NCBI GenBank assembly: GCA_965222155.1 | Contig: CBDCTH010000012.1 | Coordinates: 2,528,001-2,592,000, forward strand | Reading direction: 5' to 3' | Length of the DNA stretch: 64,000 nucleotides | Source: Gammaproteobacteria bacterium | Lineage (GTDB): Bacteria > Pseudomonadota > Gammaproteobacteria > Eutrophobiales > Eutrophobiaceae | In this document: in pieces, positions 19,414-28,028 of the stretch | Position numbering within the stretch: the first letter of the stretch is position 1 | Layout of the letters: each line of letters begins with the position of its first letter | Position numbers and translations under genes: made by a program | Notes under the pieces: model-generated | What the model was told of the DNA's origin: nothing | Seen by the model: the letters and a program-made list of their open reading frames with translations, nothing else | Databases searched by the model: none

Positions 19414-20743
19414 ACATATCTTCGTCGCTGAGGGTCGACCGGGCTTCGAGTGTCTCGCGCCCGTGCGCCAGGTAGGCGAGGAGTTGTTGTCTGGCGTCCG
19501 CATGTTCGCGGGACATGTCGTACTGCTCGCGGGGATCGCTCTCCATGTCGAACATCAGTACGGACCGATTCTTCGTCGATTCAAATAAAATGGGTTTCGC
19601 ATCGCGCCACGGTGGGTAGTCACTCAACACCAACCGCCAGCGCTGGGTACGTAATGCGGCGATGCGTTCATTATTGAAGAAATACAATACTTCATGGGGC
19701 GACTGATCCGGGCCACCGGTCAGTAACGGCAGAATATTTTGGCCGTCGAGTTGTTGCGACGACGCTAACGGTAGCCCGGCAATTGCCGCAAATGTCGGCA
19801 AAAAATCGATATTCATGGCCATGGCCGTCGCCGTGCTCCCCGGCGCGATGTGTCCCGGCCAGCGCACGATAAGCGGCACGCGGTAGCCGCCATCCCAAGC
19901 GGCGCCCTTTCCGCCGCGCAGGCCGCCGCTGCTGCCTTCCGGAAACGGGCCGTTATCGCTGGTAAATACAATTACCGTGTTGCCGGCCAGGCCGTTGCTG
20001 CGGACGGCGTCGAGCAACCGGCCAACGCTCCAGTCGAGTTCCTGCACCACATCGCCGTAGGCGCCCGCCTGGGAAGTATTTGCAAAGGCAGGGGATGGAA
20101 CCAGGGGGATGTGTGGAGCGCTGTGTGACATATAAAGAAAGAACGGCGCGCCTGAATTACGTTCAACAAAAGTAACCGCCTCTTCGGTAAAACGCCGGGT
20201 CAGCGCGCTTTGATCAACGGGTTCGTCCGCAGGCTCGGTATTGCGGTAGATGCTCAGTCCGGCGGCGTCGTTGGGCTGCAATAATCCATAGAAGACATCA
20301 AAACCATGTGCGTTCGGGCGTTGCCCCGGTGAGTGATGGCCGAGATGCCACTTGCCAACCAGTCCGGTTCGATAACCGTTGTCTCTCAACATTGATGCGA
20401 CCGTCGTCACTCGATCAGGCAATCCACGCTGGTCTGTGGCAGTGATCGTTTTGTTGGCCAATCCGTCCCGAATTGCGTAGCGACCGGTCATTATCCCGGC
20501 GCGCGACGGGCTGCAGACGTTGGCGCTTGCATAAAAATTCGTAAAACGCACACCCTCACCTGCCAGCCGGTCGAGATGCGGTGTCTCAATAAGCGTTGCG
20601 CCGTAGACACCCACATCGCCGTAGCCAAGATCGTCGGCCAGGATCAAAATGATGTTGGGGGGTGTTGCAGCGGCAGTCAAGGGGTTGCCAAGGGCCTGTG
20701 CGATGATGCCGAAAATCAGGATACTAAGAACAGTTTTTATCAC
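19391..20743 (-). CDS. Cys-type sulfatase, secreted
   Basis: Signal peptide, ADDLGYGD, CSPSRAGIMTG and GKWHLG. Confidence 0.93.
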   Translation of the reverse strand: MIKTVLSILIFGIIAQALGNPLTAAATPPNIILILADDLGYGDVGVYGATLIETPHLDRLAGEGVRFTNFYASANVCSPSRAGIMTGRYAIRDGLANKTITATDQRGLPDRVTTVASMLRDNGYRTGLVGKWHLGHHSPGQRPNAHGFDVFYGLLQPNDAAGLSIYRNTEPADEPVDQSALTRRFTEEAVTFVERNSGAPFFLYMSHSAPHIPLVPSPAFANTSQAGAYGDVVQELDWSVGRLLDAVRSNGLAGNTVIVFTSDNGPFPEGSSGGLRGGKGAAWDGGYRVPLIVRWPGHIAPGSTATAMAMNIDFLPTFAAIAGLPLASSQQLDGQNILPLLTGGPDQSPHEVLYFFNNERIAALRTQRWRLVLSDYPPWRDAKPILFESTKNRSVLMFDMESDPREQYDMSREHADARQQLLAYLAHGRETLEARSTLSDEDMYEGVNKN

Positions 20744-20948
20744 ATCAACAAAAATATCCTCTGCGAAAATACATCTCGTGATTTTGTTTTAGGATCTCAA
20801 ACCCGGACACGAACTTTTTACATCGTGTGATGATATTGTACATCGCTTATTCCTCTTCATAGTACAATATATTTCCGAACCGGCATGGCAATGATATCGG
20901 GACGGGAATATATGAGAGGAGTCCAGTTAATGTTATTCAACAGTATTA

Positions 20949-21205
20949 CTCTTTCCAGGTGATATTGCCATATTCAGAGCGACACAGTGGCGCCAAGACA
21001 AGGCGCAGCCCGCAGAGAATGGCGAGTCCTTGTCAAGGGCTGCAACGCCGTATTGGCGCCACTGTGTCGCTCCCTGCGGGCGGGCCGGGAAGCGGTCGCC
21101 CGCGGCGTTGCGCCGCTTGGCAAGGACGCGCCATTCCCTGCGCGGCGCGCCTTGCGCTCAACCGCTTCCCGGCCCGCTGAATATGTCAATATCACCTGGA
21201 AAGAG
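20949..21205. mobile_element. MITE, 257 bp, with 29-bp terminal inverted repeats and TA target duplication
   Basis: Left CTCTTTCCAGGTGATATTGCCATATTCAG and right CTGAATATGTCAATATCACCTGGAAAGAG (28/29 match), both flanked by TA; internal long hairpins. Confidence 0.8.
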
Positions 21206-22670
21206 TAATATTATACGGGGTGCTGCCCGGCTGTGCCCGGTCGCCATAATCACATTTTTGCTGGCGGGTATCCTGACGGCCCGGACACAGGACTCTCCCG
21301 TCCACCCGATCTACGCTAACGAGCAGCAGCGCCCGCCCAATATCGTTCTTATCCTGTTTGACTGGGCCAGGCGTGATTCGTTGGGTGTCTACTCGGATAA
21401 AAACGTCTCAACACCCAATATTGACAGGCTTGCCGCGCAGGGCATCAGGTTTGACAACGCCTATACTCCGTCCACCTTATGCAGCCCGGCGCGGGCTTCG
21501 ATTGTGACCGGACTCTACCCCCATGCCCACGGGGTGTGGAAAACCATGTACCCACCCGGTATCGCCGGCAACCTGCCCACCATGTACCATGACCCAATCG
21601 CCAATCCCTTCGATGACGAACGTTTCAGCCTGGCGATTAACTTCCCGAAATATATAATCAATTCGGGGTTCGCCACAGCTCATATCGGGAAATGGCACCT
21701 GGGCACAGCCAACCCGGGCTTTTTCGATTTGTTCAAATCCTATAATTCACTGATGCCGCACTGGGTCGGTGCACCGGATGAATCCGCTTACCGCGAGGAT
21801 CTTCAAACCAGCGAAGGTATCCGTTTTATTCAGGACAATACAGACCGGCCGTTTTTTCTGTACCAGTCCTATTACACCCCGCACGCCCCGTTCCAGCCGC
21901 CGCGCAAGTACGCCGAGCTCTATAAGGACAGGGAAATCGACCATAAAAACTACTATGCGTCCGTGACCAGTCTCGACAAAAACGTAGGGCGTATCGTCCG
22001 CACCCTGGAAGAGCAGGGGATACTGGACAACACGTTGATTATCATCTCCACGGATCACGGCGGTTCGTTCCGGGAGCGTCCGGGTTCTTACCGTGGTATG
22101 GGGATCGCTTATGACGAGGCGGCGCGGATACCCATGATCATGCACTGGCCCGGGGGGTTGCCCAAAGGGGTGGCCTGGGAGTCCGGCGTCAGCCTGGTGG
22201 ATATTGCCCCGACAATACTCGCCGCAGCCAATATCAATACAAAAAGCCGGATCATGGAAATCATTACCGGCCGGGAAGGGTCTCCTTTCCACGGCAGAGA
22301 CCTGATTGCCGAAGTGACTTCAGGTGAGGATAACTGGCCGACTCCTGTTTTCATGCAGAATGTCCCGGAAGCTGCCATTGAAAACTCCTGGTACGAAGAG
22401 CGCGCCATGCGCTCTGAAAAATGGAAGCTGATACTGCGCGATTTTACGGCAGACCCCAGGGCTTACGGCAATGCCCTGTTTGATATGGTCAACGATCCGG
22501 GAGAAACGGCGAACCTTTATTACCAGGGCGAATACCGGGAACAACTCAGGCAGCAACTCAGCCTGATGCTGGAGCACGCAACAGACCTGCAGGATGAACT
22601 GGCGATTAAGCTGGCAGGCAGGGAACTTGCGATCATCGACGACCCTGACTATGAGTACAAACTCTATTGA
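21183..22670 (+). CDS. Cys-type sulfatase; original start probably ATG 20930, now separated by the MITE
   Basis: PPNIVLILFD, CSPARASIVTG, GKWHLG and STDHG motifs. Confidence 0.9.
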   Translation: MSISPGKSNIIRGAARLCPVAIITFLLAGILTARTQDSPVHPIYANEQQRPPNIVLILFDWARRDSLGVYSDKNVSTPNIDRLAAQGIRFDNAYTPSTLCSPARASIVTGLYPHAHGVWKTMYPPGIAGNLPTMYHDPIANPFDDERFSLAINFPKYIINSGFATAHIGKWHLGTANPGFFDLFKSYNSLMPHWVGAPDESAYREDLQTSEGIRFIQDNTDRPFFLYQSYYTPHAPFQPPRKYAELYKDREIDHKNYYASVTSLDKNVGRIVRTLEEQGILDNTLIIISTDHGGSFRERPGSYRGMGIAYDEAARIPMIMHWPGGLPKGVAWESGVSLVDIAPTILAAANINTKSRIMEIITGREGSPFHGRDLIAEVTSGEDNWPTPVFMQNVPEAAIENSWYEERAMRSEKWKLILRDFTADPRAYGNALFDMVNDPGETANLYYQGEYREQLRQQLSLMLEHATDLQDELAIKLAGRELAIIDDPDYEYKLY

Positions 22671-22721
22671 CCCGTTCGGGCGTGACTGAAAATGTGGTTA
22701 CAATCGGCGCATGTATACAAC

Positions 22722-22818
22722 GCCGTCATTCCGGGCTTGACCCGGAATCCAGTCGAATAACGTGCCGCCGAAGGTGGCGCATTGTTTCACTGGATTCCTG
22801 CTTTCGCAGGAATGGCAG
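22722..22818. repeat. REP-like palindrome doublet (GTCATTCC...GGAATCC family)
   Basis: GTCATTCCGGGCTTGACCCGGAATCCAG followed by inverted CTGGATTCCTGCTTTCGCAGGAATGGC; related copy at about 39090-39180. Confidence 0.7.
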
Positions 22819-22934
22819 GAGTCTCCGGACTTGAAAGTGTGCAGTTACCCTGTGGGATTAAATCAGGCCTCAGCGTCACGCAGGCGTTTGCTGTGTATCG
22901 TTCTTATAGTACACGTTTGTCGGGTGATGCCAAG

Positions 22935-24725
22935 TCAGGAAAACAGGAAGTCTGTTGTATCGAGGTTGGCAATATCGAAACCCTCAAGCAGGATTGTCCC
23001 ACCGCCATGAGTCGACAGGTCTATCCTGACGCCGCCCGAGACGGGTGATATGGTGAGCGCACCAAAACCCGGCAGGTCGAAGGCCGTGAGGTCAATTAAG
23101 TCTTCACCATCGGTAAAGTCTTTAATGGTATCGTTCCCATGTCCGGTATCGAAGATGAAGGTGTCGTCATCGTAACCACCGTACAGACGGTCGTTACCGG
23201 CGCCACCGTTCAGGATGTCATCTCCCGTTCCTCCGAACAGTCGGTCTACTCCTGTGCCACCTTCCAGCAAGTCATCATCATGGTCACCATAAAGTCGATC
23301 ATTGCCGTTACCACCGAGCAAGGTGTCGTCACCGTAACCACCATACAAACGATCCTTACCGTTATTAGCAGTCAGGTTATCATCGCCGTAGTCTCCGTAA
23401 AGCCGATCATTACCCAAGCCTCCATTCAGGGTGTCATCTCCATAGTCTCCATACAATCGATCATTACCGCCACCCCCATGCAGAACATTAACGAGAGCAT
23501 TTCCGATTAACTGATCATTGTTATTAGACCCGATTACATTCTCTACATCTGGAATATTGATGTCAACTTCATCATAATAATCCCTAAGATTAAGGAAGTC
23601 GCCTTCCGCATGGCCGCCTTCTAAATTCAGATTCAAAAGATTCACAAAAACTGCACTGTCCGACGTCTCATAAGAGATTGTGTCTATGCCGGCGCCTCCA
23701 TATAATTCATCCGCTCCCGCGCCACCTTCCAACAAATCGTCACCGTCAGAGCCCAATAAATAATCATCACCGTCACTGCCGTGCAGCCGGTCCGCGCCAG
23801 CGCCCCCGTCCAACTCGTCATCACCTAAACTGCCGTACAGCCAGTCTGCACCAGCGCCGCCTTCCAGCCGGTTCCTGTCGTAGTTACCCTCCAGCGAATC
23901 TCCGTAATCAGACCCAATCACGTTCTCAACATCAATAATGACATCGCCCTCGGCATGGCCTCCCTCCCCCGTGCCGTTTTGAAGCCGCACATCCACCCCC
24001 TCGTCCGACGACGAATACGATACCGTATCGTAGCCACCCCCACCGTCCAGCCGGTCCGCGCCAGTGCCGCCCTCCAATTGGTTGCTGTTGTCGTTACCCT
24101 CCAGCACATCCCCGTAATCAGATCCAATGATGTTGTTAACGCCGATGATGACATCGCCATCGGCGTGGCCTCCCTTTCCTGTGCCGTCCCTGAGATTCAC
24201 CGTCACCGCTTCGTCCGATCCCTCGTAGGATACGACCGTGTGGCTGTCGTAGTCACCATAGCCGTACAGTTGGTCCGCGCCCGCACCGCCCTCCAGTACG
24301 TCGACGGAACCCCACCAGCCAGCCCCCCAGAGTTCATCGTTGCCACCACCACCATATAATCGGTTGGAGTTATAGTCGCCCCACAGCACATCCCCGTAAT
24401 CAGACCCAATCACGTTCTCAACACCAATAATGATATCACCCTCGGCATGGCCTCCCTCCCCCATGCCGTCCCTGAGATTCACTGTCACCGCCTCGTCTGA
24501 TGACTCATAAGTTACCGTGTCTGTACCATCACCACCATCCAATAAGTCTGCTCCCGTATGACCCTCTAACCAGTCGTGACCAGCCAAGCCGTATAGCGCG
24601 TCATCACCGTCACTGCCTTGTAACACGTCATCACCAGCCCCACCGTATATCCCGTCCGCGTCCGGTATCTCCTCGCCAGGGGGCACTTCCTCAGCCTCAG
24701 TATATTTGTATAAGGTTAAAAACAT
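22935..24725 (-). CDS. RTX/hemolysin-type calcium-binding repeat protein
   Basis: Many GGxGxDxLx nonapeptides, four SYxxSDxxVxVxL..GGHAxGD..VENVIGS modules, and C-terminal GxDTIKDF...D.IDL...DFLF. Confidence 0.9.
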   Translation of the reverse strand: MFLTLYKYTEAEEVPPGEEIPDADGIYGGAGDDVLQGSDGDDALYGLAGHDWLEGHTGADLLDGGDGTDTVTYESSDEAVTVNLRDGMGEGGHAEGDIIIGVENVIGSDYGDVLWGDYNSNRLYGGGGNDELWGAGWWGSVDVLEGGAGADQLYGYGDYDSHTVVSYEGSDEAVTVNLRDGTGKGGHADGDVIIGVNNIIGSDYGDVLEGNDNSNQLEGGTGADRLDGGGGYDTVSYSSSDEGVDVRLQNGTGEGGHAEGDVIIDVENVIGSDYGDSLEGNYDRNRLEGGAGADWLYGSLGDDELDGGAGADRLHGSDGDDYLLGSDGDDLLEGGAGADELYGGAGIDTISYETSDSAVFVNLLNLNLEGGHAEGDFLNLRDYYDEVDINIPDVENVIGSNNNDQLIGNALVNVLHGGGGNDRLYGDYGDDTLNGGLGNDRLYGDYGDDNLTANNGKDRLYGGYGDDTLLGGNGNDRLYGDHDDDLLEGGTGVDRLFGGTGDDILNGGAGNDRLYGGYDDDTFIFDTGHGNDTIKDFTDGEDLIDLTAFDLPGFGALTISPVSGGVRIDLSTHGGGTILLEGFDIANLDTTDFLFS

Positions 24726-24942
24726 AATATGGTTATCCTTATTATTGACAAACTATACATTAGGTTCGACTATGAGTCCAAAAACAACGAAAGTTCAACG
24801 AGGTTATCAGCCATACTGACAACTCTATCTGAAGCAAGACAGGTATTTGTAGCCAGAAGCCGGACAGGATTTTTTAACAGGTATCAAAAAATCTTGCAAT
24901 ATTTTTTGGCAGCTATATAAAAACCTGGAATCATGTTGGGAC

Positions 24943-26055
24943 ATGAAACGCTATCTCGAGTCCCAGGTTCGCCAGGATCTGAAACGGAAAATGGTATTCG
25001 TCGGCGGCCCTCGTCAGGTGGGGAAAACAACACTTGCCCGTAAGATTCTGGGGAAATCCAAGGCGGGTTACCTGAACTGGGATGTTCCCGACCAGCGTGA
25101 TCTTATCTTGCGGCAAGCATTCCCCAAATCCAGGCTTTGGGTCTTTGATGAAATCCACAAGTACCGGCGTTGGCGCAACTACTTAAAAGGGGTTTATGAT
25201 GCTCGCGAGGCGGGCCAACAGATTCTCATCAGCGGCAGCGCACGGCTCGATTATTATCGCTTCGGCGGCGACTCCCTGTAGGGACGGTACCACTACCTGC
25301 GGCTTCATCCGTTGAGCGCGGCTGAACTCAAACTGGTATCAGCGGGAGATTTTGCATCGTTGCTTACCCTGGGTGGTTTCCCGGAACCGTTTCTTGGTGG
25401 GTCGGAAACAGAGGCGCGCCGCTGGTCCAATGAATACCGCAGCCGCCTGGTACGCGAAGAACTCACTGACCTGGAGCAGGTACAGGACTTGGGCAGCATT
25501 GAGTTGTTGATGACCCGGTTACCGGATCTTACCGGTAGTCCACTCTCAGTTAACGGCCTTGCCGAACAAATGCGCATCAGCCACAGGACGATCAGCAAGT
25601 GGCTCGATATCCTGGAGAGGCTCTATGCGATCTTCTTCGTTTTGCCGTTCGGTTCTCTGAAGATCAAGGCGGTAAAAAAGGCCCGTAAACATTATCATTA
25701 TGACTGGTCATTGATAGCGGATACGGCATTCCGGTTTGAGAATCTCGTCGCATCCCACTTGTTGAAGTGGGCAAATTACCGCACAGATACGGAAGGTTTT
25801 CCGACCGAACTCCACTATTTTCGCGATATTGAAAAACGGGAGGTTGATTTTGTTGTAGTAGAAAATAGCAAGCCGATTTTGCTGGTCGAATGCAAATCGT
25901 CGGATCGCATAGTCAGCCTGCCGCTCAGGTACCTGAAACAGCGTTTCCCGGATACTGGTGCCTGGCAGGTATCAGCATTCGGAGAGAAGGATTATGTAAC
26001 GCGCGAGGGTATACGCGTAGCGCCCGCTCTGGCGCTGCTTACCACGTTGAAGTAG
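24943..26055 (+). pseudogene. AAA_14/DUF4143 ATPase with internal nonsense codon
   Basis: GPRQVGKT, FDEIHK and REVDFVV...VECK motifs; in-frame TAG at 25279-25281 in GDSL*GRYH. Confidence 0.85.
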
Positions 26056-26339
26056 TGAGTTTTTGGAACTGACAGGGTTGCGATGATTGAGCTCCCTTAT
26101 GATTGTCAGCCATCATTGCCCTGTATGAACGCGCTTGGTCACCCACAAGAGAATCGTAATTACGACGATTGCACTGACAATATAAAGTGATTTCACAATG
26201 CTACATGGGATTTTCACTACCATCAAATTTTGACAAACAACACGATGATCGCACAGAATATGATTCATACATGGGGGGCTGTATGAATAATAAGATCGAT
26301 ATCGAACCTAAATCCGGTAGAGCAGTTCGGGTAATCGGT

Positions 26340-26490
26340 CCGAGAAACGGCTGTTTCGAGAACTTGTCGGCAGCAGTCGAGCCGTTTGGAATATCTTCGG
26401 ATGCGTTGCCTGATCCCTTCAACATTTTCATGAATACCGGAGTGCGTGAAGATGGTGAATTGTTTGTAGCAGCAGCGCCCTCTAAGAGCA
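26340..26490 (+). pseudogene. Fragment of DUF1989 (urea carboxylase-associated) protein
   Basis: GCFENL...LPDPFNIFMN...DGEL...APSK; no N-terminus; boundaries approximate. Confidence 0.55.
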
Positions 26491-26517
26491 GCTACAGTAT
26501 TCTCGTTCGACGGAGAG

Positions 26518-27141
26518 GTGTTGAAAAGTTATGAAGGTGGGTTTAAAGCCATATTGTTTGATGGCAGGGCGCGCCTGAATGCAAGTGTGTTTCATTATGA
26601 CTATGAAGGCTTTCAAAATTTTTCCGCTCAAGGGATAAACCTGATCGTATTTAATACTGATGCCAGGAACACGGGAGCTGAAATCGAACTGATTACCAAT
26701 CCGTTCGAGGGTTGGGAATTCCTTCTTGGTCTCTCCTTGCAGGATGCTGAACAAAAAGATGTGACATTTGACGGAGAAACCCGGGACATGCCGATGCCCA
26801 ATGTGCCTGATATAACACTTAACGGTCTGAGTCGCTATGAATGGCCCATACTTGGAGGCTCGATGGTTGCCCAGGTCGATTTCAACTATGTCGACCGACG
26901 GACTTTGAATGGCATTGACCACCTCGGACTGTTCGATGGTTCTTATGTTGTGGCGAATGCCAGGATTGACTACACCAGCAGCGATGGCAAGTGGGAACTC
27001 GGTTTATGGATAAAGAATTTCACTGATACCGATTACGTATCGACTCTATTCGATCTCAGCACCTTCACGGGGATACTTATCGATGTGCCCTCACCGCCAC
27101 GCTGGTTTGGGAGAACTGTTCGGTATAATTGGGATGGTTGA
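26518..27141 (+). pseudogene. C-terminal fragment of a TonB-dependent receptor
   Basis: SYEGGFK..RLNASVFHYDY, LWIKNFTD and PRWFG..RYNW; only about 200 aa of the barrel. Confidence 0.8.
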
Positions 27142-27958
27142 AGAAAATCTGAATAATACGGATTACGATTCGTTCATCAATATCATACGACAGCGGCGCA
27201 GCGTGCGCCGGTTTGAGAAAGGACGCTTTATCTCCCGTGAAGTGCTCGAACGTATCGCCGAGGCCGGACGCTGGGCGCCCAGCGGCGCAAACGTGCAACC
27301 CTGGGACTTTGTTGTTGTGGAAGACCCTGATATGCGGGATCAGGTGGTTGAGGTGTTTATCCGGCAGGCTGATCGACTGAAAATATATGCGAAAGGATTT
27401 CCATCCGTCTACAAAAGTTATCTGAATAACACGGTGGCCATCTTCATCGTGCTGGGTGACAGGCGCTGGAATATCAATTTTCCCCATGGCGTGACGCCGG
27501 AAAGCGAAGCGGATTACCGGCAGAACAACGAAAATATTTTCTATTGCTCCATCGGCGCGGCAATACAAAATATACAACTGGCGGTCACTGCCAACGGATT
27601 GACCTCGGCCTGGTTGTCAGGTGGCGGTGAGCAGCAGACCAACGAGGAGTTGAGCGAATTATTGGGATACCCCCCGTTTCTCAGGGCTTACGGCACCATC
27701 CCCATCGGCTTTCCCGCAAAAGACGTGTCTTCCAGGTACCGCCGGCCCCTGCAGCAGGTGATCCATTGGAACCGCTACGAGGCGGAAAAGTTCAGGACCG
27801 ATGAACAGGTGCGGTATTATTTTGAAAGTCTTCGTCCGTTTGCCATGTACAGGAACAAGACCGAACTGGCCGACTGGGAAGATTTTGAGGAACGGCTTGG
27901 CGAATGGCAGGAGGCGTTTACCACGGACTGCACCAATCCTTCAGGCAAACTGCCGTAA
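27134..27958 (+). CDS. Nitroreductase family protein
   Basis: RRSVRRF and APSGANVQPW motifs. Confidence 0.88.
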   Translation: MVEENLNNTDYDSFINIIRQRRSVRRFEKGRFISREVLERIAEAGRWAPSGANVQPWDFVVVEDPDMRDQVVEVFIRQADRLKIYAKGFPSVYKSYLNNTVAIFIVLGDRRWNINFPHGVTPESEADYRQNNENIFYCSIGAAIQNIQLAVTANGLTSAWLSGGGEQQTNEELSELLGYPPFLRAYGTIPIGFPAKDVSSRYRRPLQQVIHWNRYEAEKFRTDEQVRYYFESLRPFAMYRNKTELADWEDFEERLGEWQEAFTTDCTNPSGKLP

Positions 27959-28028
27959 CAGATGGTTATTGCTTTGATCTGATACTTCGATAAGATAGGC
28001 ATCTCTCAGTAGCGTGGATGCCTGATTC

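Noticed and set aside
21030-21182. N-terminal extension of the sulfatase ORF and overlapping 73-aa ORFs
   Set aside because: These frames lie within the palindromic MITE.
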